Below, in pieces: positions 10,596 to 20,351 of a stretch of DNA of 64,000 nt. Each line of letters opens with the position of its first letter. The stretch's first letter is position 1. Under the pieces are notes generated by a model. The model was not told the origin of the DNA and did not search any database. It saw only the letters and a list, made by a program, of their open reading frames with translations. Position numbers and translations under genes: made by a program. This DNA is from Candidatus Marinacidobacterales bacterium (GTDB lineage: Bacteria > Acidobacteriota > Vicinamibacteria > Marinacidobacterales > SMYC01): positions 5,536,001 through 5,600,000 of the forward strand of contig OZ250169.1 in NCBI GenBank assembly GCA_965237955.1, read 5' to 3'.

Positions 10596-13500
10596 GCTGG
10601 TCACTCTATAACATAGCTGCACCGCTAGTCAAGCTTAATTTTTTCTCACGTCCACCGTCGGGACCGAGGCGCGACAAGAACACTTTTTGCGTCGGGAACG
10701 GCGCGAGAACGCCGCGAGAGAGCTCGTCGGCGTGGCGCTCGAAATTGCCCGCTTCATCGGCGTCGTCCGCGACGAGTACCACCGAAGAAACTCCCGAAAA
10801 CTCGGTTCCTTCGTACTCGAGAATTTTCTGCACCATCACCCGTACGTCCTTGACCGTCGCCGCGGGCAGCCGACCGATGGCGACATCCGGCAAGAGATCG
10901 TCGCCGTTCACGGCCGCGTAGGCGGGATCCGACGCCGTCCACAGGTAGCTCGTGCGCACCATGACCGGCGGCACGTGATTGACCGTTCCCGTCCTCAGAT
11001 GGTCTTCGAAATCGTAGGTTCCATCTCCGAGAAGCACGACATAGCGATACGAATGTTTCTTCCATTCGTGATAGGCATAGCGTAGAAACTCTTGGATAGC
11101 TTCCGGTCTAGCCTCGCCGCCGAACGCTTGGTAGATATCCTCGGTCGCAACCGATTGCACTTTCAGCCCCTGCCTGCGCCGGTGCTCCACCAGCGGTCGT
11201 GCCGCATGTACAAAAGAGCGTGGTCCAACCAGAATCCAGTCGGCTCGCTTTCTTCTCAGGAGCCTCGAGCGGTCCACGCGCGAGACGTCGGGCGCGTGCG
11301 TTTTCTGGGTCACGATATAGCGGTGTCCTTCTTCGAGGCTGAATCCGGTGACCCAGCGCGGCGCCCCCTCGGTCGTATCGACGACCCACGAGGCCTCGAC
11401 GACAGCGGACTCGTGCCACATCCCATGAGTCTGCCCCTCGCTAGGAAGGCGCCGGTAGTCCACTTCGAATGCATCCAGCATCACGAGCGAGTAGGTAGCT
11501 TCGGTGTCTCCGACGTTCTCGACCTCGAAAACGTTCTCTCCTTCACGTAGCGTCCCCGTTGGCAGCTCGCCGTCGAGCCGGATCTCGTCTTTGCCGTCCC
11601 AGCGTCCCTCGGTCACGAAGATTCCGTTGACCGCAACGCGTACGTGGTGGTCCTCATCGGTCTCGAAGTCGCTCGTGCCTTGCAGCCAAACGCGTAGATA
11701 CGCAGGTCCCGGCGCGAGCCCCGCAACGTCGAACGTGTACTGCCTCGTCGCCGGTGCAAACAACGCGTCCCACAGCCACGGGTCGTCGCGGGCGACGAGC
11801 CCGGCCTGGTAGAGCAAGCTTTCCTCGCGCCGCTCGGTATGCCACACCGCCTCGGTTGATGGCCCCGCCGCACCCGACTCGAGGATCGACATCACCGTTC
11901 CTCGAACCCCGGATTCGAGCTCATAGATAGCACCCTCGCCCTCGCCCACGAAGAACAGCGTGCGGCCTTCGACGTGGAAGGGGACGTTCTCGCCGTGACG
12001 GCTCAAGCGAAGTTGTCTGGAGCGTGTGCGAAGCGGGTACGCGTAGAGCCCCGCCTCCGGTGTCGTCAGACGCCAAATCCTTTTGACCCGACGCGTTTTC
12101 GCCTGCCGCGCCGGCTTCTTGAACGCAAGACGCACGTAGAGCCGCGTGGCCATCGACAGCTCGTTGCCGTTCCAGTAAAACGGCGAGAGCTCCACGAGAG
12201 CTTTCTTCTGCTCTCCCTGAATCGCGACGTCCACGAGCTCGGCGTGTGTCGTCGAAGCTTCGATGCGTTTTCGTTCCCTCTGGCGAAGCCGCACGCCCCC
12301 ATCCGCGGTGGCGACCAGCTCGGCAACGGTAGCACCAGGTCGCAGGCTCGAGAACGCGCGCACGTCCCGCGTCCACACGCGTTTCAAGACGACGTCCCGA
12401 CCTTCGGTCGCGTCGACCCACGCGCGGTTCACCGGAAGCCCGTCCGCCTCGTCGAAGCCCGGGACGCTCAGCCTCACCCGAGCCGTCGTCGAGCGGCTCC
12501 GCGAAGAATCCCGACGTCTTCAGCTCGATCACGACGTAGTTGGCAGTGCGCTTCACGATGCGCAGGGCGTTCTCTTCGGGTGTGCCATAGGCAATCTGCG
12601 TTCTCGCTTGTTGCTCGGATTCGTCCGAGGCGTCGCCAAGCGTTACGGCGATGGGGCCGTGACGCTCGGTGCCGCCCGTCGTCCCGATGTCTTCGAGCTC
12701 GTAGTAGTACATCTTTCCTGTCGCCACACCCTCGTTGACGTAGCGATACGATGCGCCTACGGGTGAGGTCCCGAGCCCCGGTACCGGTTGCGCCGTCAAA
12801 CGCTCGAAGGGTCCTTCCGCGGACGTCGACCGATAGAGGTGGAAGCCCAGGTTGTCGAGCTCCGACGCCGTCTCCCATTCGACCACGACCCGGTCACCCT
12901 CGCGCACCGCGATGAACGAGACGAGCTCCACCGCGGTCGTCACTGCGAGATCGTCGGCGCCGATGTCCCAGAGGGTCTGGCGCAGCCCATCGTCGATGTC
13001 GTTGGTGAGAAACGCGCTCAAATCGACCCCGCTGTTCACGGCGTCGCTGCCGGTACGGATGTGGAAGTCGTTCGCGAGCGGGGCTTGGAACAAGGCGAAC
13101 GCCGTCTGAAGCGTATCAATACCGCCGCCGGCCGGACTGTGGGGGATTCCGGTCCCGTCGCCCGCCAGGTTGTTGCTGCTCGCTCCGGTGATCGTAGGCC
13201 CACCGCCGGGATCGAAATCGAAGTCGGCGACTGCGTTGTTGTACGCGATGTTGTTTTGAAGTGTCACCATCGGATACGGCCCCGTGCCGTCCCGCCCACT
13301 GATACCACGACCATTGTTGAAGGTTGTGTTGTTGAAAATATCGCCCTGCGTCACCGCCTGGCCGAAATGGATGCCGTCACCCGCGTTGTAGACGATGTTG
13401 TTGCACAGCTCGATGACTTGCGACGCATCCCTGATGCGAACGGCCTCATTGAGCTGGCCGTGAATGAGGTTGTTTCTCACCACCTGTTTATTCGTCGCAC

Positions 13501-15485
13501 CGATGAAGTCGAACACGATCCCACGACTTCCGTCGTCGATCTCTAGCCACTCGATCGTCACAAAATCGACTCTCGCGTTGATGGCCGTCACGCCCGGGAC
13601 GTTGATGACAGCTCCGTTGCCCGGAATCCCGTAGTGCCGGTTGCCGTCGTCAGCCGTGAGAGTGATGACATGGCTCGCGTCGGTGATGGGTCCATCCAGG
13701 TTGAAACCCGCGGTGAACACACCGTCGTCGTAGACGATCCCGACTTCGCTCCGGTCGTCGGCGACGAGGCTCGGGCTCGCCGGAGGAAAGAAGTTGCAGA
13801 AGGCGCCATTCGCCTCAATGCAGTTCTCCCAGTCGGACAACGCCGATGCAAGCCCGGTGAACTGGCGTGAGATCGTATACCCACCCGCATAGTTGCCGCC
13901 GCTCACGGGAGCCGTCAGCGTGAGCTGGGTGTTCGTATCGACCGAGAGGATCGTGTAATCGCTTGCGTTGATCTGGATGCGGTCGCCTCTTCCACGGTTG
14001 TTCACCCGCCATGCGGTGCCGATGCCGTAGACGACGGGCCAGCCGTCGGTCGCCACGATCGTGCCTGCCACGTAGTCGGCGGCGTTGCCGATGGACCGAT
14101 AAATCGTGTTCGATGGATTGAACTCGTCGGCCCCGATATCCCAGATTCCTGAGCTTCTCGACTCACCGTCGACGTCACAGCAAAAAGATCGTGTCCCGGC
14201 GTTGTCGATCGCTTCGGAACCAGATATCAAATGAAAGTTTCTCGCCGCGGTGCTGACGAACTGGAGGGCGGACGACCTGCCGGGAAAGCCCACGGCGGTC
14301 GCGTCGGACGACATGTTGTTGATCTGGGTCGTGACGTCCTTGAAGTCGTCACCGGTATTGTCCATCGCGATCGTGTTGATGACGGTGTAGGTGCCTATGT
14401 CCTCTTTCACGCCGCCGTCGACGGTCATGTTGTAGACGGTGCAATTCTCGATGAGAGCCGTCGTGCCTTCGTCGTGGACTGCCTCGAGGCTGTCGTAGAA
14501 GATGCTGTTGCGCAGCGTGAAGTTTGAGCCGCCCTCCGCTTTGATCCCAAAGTCAGCGTCATGGATGAGAAGGCGGTCGAGAACGACGTTGGTAACGCCG
14601 GGACTCAGCAGGATGGCCCGCTCCAACGTATGGTCTTCGAGCTCGAAACCCTCGATACGGGTAAAGTCCTCGAGAACGTTGATTCCGTTGGTCCCGCCCA
14701 AGCCATCGAGTAGGACGCCCGTGCCCGCGAGGCCTTTGTGTCCGTGGCCTTTGGCGACTGCGAGGTGCATGTAGTTGGTGGCGTTCGACGACAGCGTGTC
14801 GATGGTGACGACTCCGGTGAACGCCGGGCCGTCGTCGTACGCGACGCCGACCTCGGTGCGGTTCTCTAAGACCAAATCGCCATCGCGCGCACTCTCCCAG
14901 GCTTGGAGACCCGTGGCACCCGTGTACGCACGTCGGATCTCGTAGCTCTCCCCCGGGTGGCCTGCGGCTGCGGTTCCGTGGATGGTCACGAGATCGGGTC
15001 CGTTCACGGCGAGGATGTAGAAGATTTCCTGATTGCCGCCACCGGGATCCAAAGGTGAGCTGGTCGCCGACCCCGATCACGTCGACTGGCAGGTTCGGTG
15101 TCGTCAACGTGACCTGGGTTCCCCCAGCGCCGATCGTCGCCTCGCCAGCGCCGCCGGCATGCAGGATCCCGGCGTTCGTTCCGATGGAACGGTAGTTCGT
15201 TCCACTCTACGTCGGGCACGGGCACGTCTGTGCGGCGGCGTCGCGCCCCACGAGGAAACACACCGCCAGCAACAGTCCGGGTGGGAGGCGTCGGCTTTTC
15301 ATAATGTTCCGGGAAAATTAATGCAAGTCGCATGCTCAAAAACAAAAGCCTAAATCTCTGTGACAAAGAGACTTAGCGGAATTGGTTTTGGAAGGCCGCG
15401 GTGAAAACCCTACGGGCATGGGGATTATCCGACGACGTTTCTGAAATTCGTCTCTCACCCCAGCCGGATGCAGACTCGCCGGGCT

Positions 15486-15725
15486 ATGACGTATCTCAGA
15501 CTTTGCCTCGTTTTGATGCTGGTGGTCGCTGGCTGAGTGGCCAATCCGGTCCCGAGCCGGCCGACCTAGTGCTGCTCTACGGCAAAATCGTCACCGTCGA
15601 TGACGATAGGCCCGAGGCGCAGGCGCTCGCCGCAAAAGACGGCGTGATCCTCGCCGTCGGGAGCGACGCCGAGATCGAGCCCTACATCGGTGACGACACC
15701 CGCGTTCTCGACATCGAAGGGATGA
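15486..15725 (+). pseudogene. 5' fragment of a YtcJ-like amidohydrolase
   Basis: PADLVLLYGKIVTVDDDRPEAQALA...VLDIEG stops exactly where repeat copy 1 starts. Confidence 0.75.
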
Positions 15726-16348
15726 ATAGGAACTTTGACCAAAACACCGTGCGTGTTGGAGCGAGATTGCGGGCTCGCGAGTGATGTGGGTGGGAAACGT
15801 AGGGATTGGAAGAGGGAATCGGACACTGGAAGGCTCGATGGCTATCGGGCGGTAGTTGGGCACAGAGGGTGCCCGGAAGCTGACGCGTAGAGTAGCGAAA
15901 ACGAAATACGGTTCAATCTCGCTTTGGCTCGAAACGTACCTGCAAGCCTCCGCTCGAGACGCGCGGGAGGTTCCTCAGGAAGAGAAACCACAGGAGCGAG
16001 TTCGCCAGCATCTCCAACGTTTCTTCGGCGGATCGCGAAAAGTGCTGGAGCGTGTCGTAGCCTGAGCGAGCAAAGCGTGCCTGAGCCCTTGCGTCGAAGT
16101 TGGTGTTCTCTGAGATATACGTGTGCACGTTGGAGCATGGTCAGGCTCGAGACCTTCGAAGAAGTCCAGCACCACGGCGAGCGCGAGACAACCGATGGCG
16201 CTCACGAGCACGAGGCGCGATGAGCGGGTATCGAGCTCCTTCCACAGGAAGACGAGCATGAACAGACCGAACGCGCCGAAAAACGGTAAGAACAGAACTT
16301 GCCACGTATAGCTCGGAAAAGAGGCCAGGAGAGCCGACGAGTCTTCTT
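15722..16348. repeat. Direct repeat copy 1 (627 bp; includes 3' half of the 18451-19329 membrane gene)
   Basis: Near-identical to 18260-18887, from ATGAATAGGAACTTTGACC to GACGAGTCTTCTT. Confidence 0.95.
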
Positions 16349-16759
16349 CCGGAGGAGGTGGCGAGGTCCCGTTCGTGACGACCTTCACGGGTCAGGGGTT
16401 CCGCGTCCTTCCACACGTGCAGGCGTCCCCTCTTCTTCGTCTTCCGGACGATTCCTTCCTACTGCTCCCGACGCGAGCGTACGATTTCGACGAGAGCGCT
16501 CCACGAATTCCAAGGGATCGGGCTTCTTCAAGGTGTCTTGATCGAGCACTGGGCTGGACGGGTCGCTGTCTTCGGCGAAGCTGCGGCCTTTTCCGCCCAG
16601 ATCCAGGAACGGGAAGCAGGCCCGTACCCTTTCGGCATGAATAACCCTGCCTCTCCGCACAACGCTCGGTTTCTACTGAACGTTATGGGTTGGCTATCGG
16701 ACGGAGAACACCTCCGGGTCGACGGCGACCGCGGCGTGGTGGCGCGAGTCGGTCGGTAA
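16349..16759 (+). pseudogene. 3' fragment of a DUF4350-like protein
   Basis: VTTFTGQGF...[15 protein letters not shown]...[22 protein letters not shown] with one frameshift; the 5' part is missing at the repeat boundary. Confidence 0.6.
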
Positions 16760-17149
16760 CTGCTCTCGACTTCTCCTGATCGTCGTGGAGAAGAGTAGAC
16801 ATCGCTTGAACCTCGTAATGTACCGAAACTCGCCCGAACGACAACTCCATTATTATTATAGAAGCCCTGTCGGGGCCTGAAAGCACGAACGCCGCGATCA
16901 GGACCTATCGGTCTCCGCCAGATACGAGCCATCGAAGTCCAGAGCCGGCTGGAATGGATGCGACTTCCAAACCACCGCGAGAGGCAGAGCTTGCGTCGGA
17001 TCGAGCGGGGCAATACGATTGGCGTGGCGGTCGACCGAATTTCACCTCGGCGTCATCGACGCTCCGGCACCCGTGGTGTTCGAACTGATCGAGACAGAAA
17101 CCGCGCTGCCCTCTCCGCTTCACTGCAGCCGCCAAGAACAAGGAGGAAA

Positions 17150-17815
17150 ATGATGCTCAGGCTAAGAAAGCTTGCAGTGCTCTTGGTCATCCTCTTGGGC
17201 GTGTCTTGCTCGGGCGCGGAACAAGAGGTCGTTAATTCGTTCTTGACTGCCATACAAAGCGGAGACGAAGCTGCCGCGAAAGCCGCCTCACTGGTAGAGT
17301 TTCCGGGAGAGGTCGTATCCTGGGAGATCGTCGAGCTCGGCCCGGCGTCGACTGAGCCTTTCGCGCTCCCGGAGCTCTACGACAAGAGGTCCGAGGTCTC
17401 GCGTGAGCGCAGGCGCGTGAGCGACAAGAACACGTACTTCGTGCAAGATCGCCGAAGCGCCTTCGAAGAGTACGAGGCCAAGCGTAAGGACGATCCGGAG
17501 TACGAGTTTACGGGAGAGCTGGCGGAATTCCAGAAGCAATGGGAAGAGAGGCTGAGCAAGCAGGAGGAGGGCGACCGCGTTGCGATCGATTTGGATAAAG
17601 AGATCAGTCACCTGCGATCGGCCGCCGGCCTGTCGGTGAGTGTCACCGTCAATGAGAACTACGGGGGCGAAGTCTCAGCGAGGGAGCTGACGCTCAGGGT
17701 CAACGACGGGTCGACCGAAAAGACCCATACGTTCACGCTTCAAAAGTTTAATATCGTCGACACGGAAACAAACCTCAGCCCCATCGGGCGCTGGGTCATC
17801 ACCGATATCAGTTGA
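17150..17815 (+). CDS. Lipoprotein with coiled-coil insertion, unknown function
   Basis: AGGAGG RBS, signal peptide and LGVSC lipobox. Confidence 0.8.
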   Translation: MMLRLRKLAVLLVILLGVSCSGAEQEVVNSFLTAIQSGDEAAAKAASLVEFPGEVVSWEIVELGPASTEPFALPELYDKRSEVSRERRRVSDKNTYFVQDRRSAFEEYEAKRKDDPEYEFTGELAEFQKQWEERLSKQEEGDRVAIDLDKEISHLRSAAGLSVSVTVNENYGGEVSARELTLRVNDGSTEKTHTFTLQKFNIVDTETNLSPIGRWVITDIS

Positions 17816-18029
17816 TATTCGTCGCAGCACGAATGCGTGTGGCAGCGGGCTATACCCCGGGACTGCTTCACGGTAGCTGATGTCGCACGGACATTCCCGT
17901 GGCCACGAGCTTGCCATCCTCCTCTCGGATGCCTCCCTCCGGCATCGGAGGGCTGTCGTGATCTCTGAAGAACAAGGGCAGCCCCTTGGGCGGCGTGAAC
18001 CGGAACTGACCGTTGCTCTCGAGCCCTTC

Positions 18030-18259
18030 CTACTGCGAATAGAGGTCGAGGCTCAGACTTCGTGCCCATGACTCCGTCTCGAGCAGACGCTTGCGCTTTG
18101 CAATGGCGACGGCGAAACCCGGCACGCCCTCGATGCACTTGTTGGCAGACGACACCAGATAATCGATACCGGTGGCCTCGAAGTCGATCGGGACGGCACC
18201 GAAGCTTGACATCGCATCCACGAACGAGCACCGTCCGTGTTTGCGAACGACGGCGCCGA
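18030..18259 (-). pseudogene. phnW: Internal fragment of 2-aminoethylphosphonate:pyruvate transaminase
   Basis: VDAMSSFGAVPID...DYLVSSANKCIEGVPG...RSLSLDLY includes the PLP lysine motif; truncated at repeat copy 2. Confidence 0.8.
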
Positions 18260-18887
18260 ATGAATGGGAACTTTGACCAAAACACCGTGCGTGTTGGAGC
18301 GAGATTGCGGGCTCGCGAGTGATGTGGGTGGGAAACGTAGGGATTGGAAGAGGGAATCGGACACTGGCAGGCCCGATGGCTATCGGGCGGTAGTTGGGCG
18401 AAGAGGGTGCCCGGAAGCTGACGCGTAGAGTAGCGAAAACGAAATACGGTTCAATCTCGCTTTGGCTCGAAACGTACCTGCAAGCCTCCGCTCGAGACGC
18501 GCGGGAGGTTCCTCAGGAAGAGAAACCACAGGAGCGAGTTCGCCAGCATCTCCAATGTTTCTTCGGCGGATCGCGAAAAGTGCTGGAGCGTGTCGTAGCC
18601 CGGGCGAGCAAAGCGTGCCTGAGCCCTTGCGTCGAAGTTGGTGTTCTCTGAGATATATGTGTGCACGGTGAGAGCATGGTCAGGCTCGAGGCCTTCGAAG
18701 AAATCCAGCACCACGGCGAGCGCTAGACAACCGATGGCGCTCACGAGCACGAGGCGGGATGAACGGGTATCGAGCTCCTTCCACAGGAAGACGAGCATGA
18801 ATAGACCGAATGCACCGAAAAACGGTAAGAACAGAACTTGCCACGTATAGCTCGGAAAAGAGGCCAGGAGAGGCGACGAGTCTTCTT
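18260..18887. repeat. Direct repeat copy 2 (628 bp)
   Basis: Matches 15722-16348. Confidence 0.95.
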
Positions 18888-19329
18888 TCAGTGTCTCGAC
18901 GGTGGTTCCGAGACGCTCGTGGAGCTCGGCGCCATCGTCGATGGCCATGTAGGTGAAGAATAGGGCCAAGGCGAGCCATGCTGCTTTCCACCACCGGGGC
19001 TTGGGCTGAGGCCTCGCGATGATGTAGGTGAACCACAGGGTGAGCGCTGCCAGGAGCGTTTGCGTCGTTCCCAACCACGAGGCCAGCCCGTCCTCTCGCG
19101 CCGTGTTGAAAAGCCGTCTTATGGCGCCGATGTTCGTCGCTCTTCCGTAGTTGACGTGGTAGTCGAGGAGAAAGAGCGCGAGCTCGGCGAGAACGCAGAC
19201 CAGGAGCACGCGGCGGGCCACACGCTCGGCATCCAACGACAGGATGACGGCGTGCGGCCTATCGGGCGTTGCCTCTTTATCAGCTGGAGGAGCTGTCGTC
19301 TGAGGAGTTGTCATCGGAGGAGTCGTCAT
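18451..19329 (-). CDS. Multi-pass membrane protein, unknown function
   Basis: About six TM segments with conserved-looking IDDGAELHE and EETLEM motifs; start uncertain. Confidence 0.78.
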   Translation of the reverse strand: MTTPPMTTPQTTAPPADKEATPDRPHAVILSLDAERVARRVLLVCVLAELALFLLDYHVNYGRATNIGAIRRLFNTAREDGLASWLGTTQTLLAALTLWFTYIIARPQPKPRWWKAAWLALALFFTYMAIDDGAELHERLGTTVETLKEDSSPLLASFPSYTWQVLFLPFFGAFGLFMLVFLWKELDTRSSRLVLVSAIGCLALAVVLDFFEGLEPDHALTVHTYISENTNFDARAQARFARPGYDTLQHFSRSAEETLEMLANSLLWFLFLRNLPRVSSGGLQVRFEPKRD

Positions 19330-20140
19330 CGTCGCATTTGATGCGAATGCTCTCCGTCAGCTCCCAGTCACCAGCTCCGTTGTCGAACGTACCCGTGAGT
19401 CGAACGTCGACGCGCTCGCCCTCGGACACGTCGGCCACGATCCCGATGACCGCTGGGTTGTCGAATACCACCTCGATGCGGTCTCCGTTGAGAACTACGC
19501 TCGCCGGCGTTACCTCGACACCGCTCGGTCCTACCAGACTGATGCTCTCGAGGTCGACGTCACCGATGGAGTCACCCTTGAGTGTAGCAAACACGGGGTC
19601 GTCGTCCGAGTTGCCACCGGCAGCCCACTCCGGACACCAGTTATCGGGGTCGAGCTCCATGTCCAGGCCAGCGTCCTCACTGTTGTCATCGGAGCTCCCG
19701 TCGTCGGAGCTGTCGTCCTCCATGGTCCGTTGCATATCTACGAGAACGACCGTGTCGTTGGCAGTGAGCTCCAACGTGACTCGAATTTCTTCGGTGGAAG
19801 CCACACCGCGGATGTCGACCTCCCCGATCTTGGCGCCATCGCGGGTAAAGATGATCGTGACCCTGCCCAAGGGAACATCTTCGAGGGTGAAGGTGCCGTT
19901 CGAGCTCACGGCGACCGTGATCCTCGCGTCCTGCCGCACGGAGACGTTGATGCCGTCGTAGGACGTGTTGGCACGCGCGGTTTGCCGGGAGGCTGCGCTC
20001 GTCTCGGAAACGAACGAGCCGAGGATGCGGTTCGAGCTCGCTTGTCCCGTCGTCGGAGACGTGGGAGAAGAGTCGCAAGCCGTGAGCGCTGCGAGCGCTG
20101 TCACGACAACTGCGATGAACACACGACAAAACTGTGACAT
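19280..20140 (-). CDS. Lipoprotein with Asp/Ser-rich linkers
   Basis: LTAC lipobox; SSDDNSS tracts. Confidence 0.78.
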   Translation of the reverse strand: MSQFCRVFIAVVVTALAALTACDSSPTSPTTGQASSNRILGSFVSETSAASRQTARANTSYDGINVSVRQDARITVAVSSNGTFTLEDVPLGRVTIIFTRDGAKIGEVDIRGVASTEEIRVTLELTANDTVVLVDMQRTMEDDSSDDGSSDDNSEDAGLDMELDPDNWCPEWAAGGNSDDDPVFATLKGDSIGDVDLESISLVGPSGVEVTPASVVLNGDRIEVVFDNPAVIGIVADVSEGERVDVRLTGTFDNGAGDWELTESIRIKCDDDDSSDDNSSDDSSSS

Positions 20141-20351
20141 ATCTCACCTCATCGAACTGTAATTTCCTGCTGAGGATCGAGTGATGTGGCTGGATGTTGC
20201 AAAGAGCGCGCCATTCGTCCCTGGCGCTTCGGCAAAATCTGACGTTGGGTAAGCGACTGGCTGCGAGAGATTTAGAGCGCGTATCCGTGCGCTCGCGTCG
20301 GTTTGTGATCGTGAGTGTCCAGAGAAACCCTACACGTCCGGTAATTGTTAC

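Larger units (their letters stand above)
8663..10652 (-). mobile_element. IS1182-family insertion sequence
   Basis: Terminal inverted repeat GACGTGAGAAAAAAT at both ends; CACCG duplicated at 8658-8662 and 10653-10657 (or 16-bp IR with 3-bp ACC). Confidence 0.92.
8200..15302 (-). pseudogene. Giant (~1700 aa) secreted protein: two beta-helix modules, TAVELxSF domain, propeptide and C25 (gingipain/PorU-like) peptidase; split by IS1182
   Basis: Signal peptide MKSRRLPPGLLLAVCFLV from 15302; C25 motifs YVVLLGDG, IGRLP, YMGHG, MNCLNG and LFGDPAL. Removing 8663-10652 and one CACCG restores LGPDG-VRSEVRAA in frame. Extra lesions at ~15207 (TAG), ~15050 and ~12478. Confidence 0.88.
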
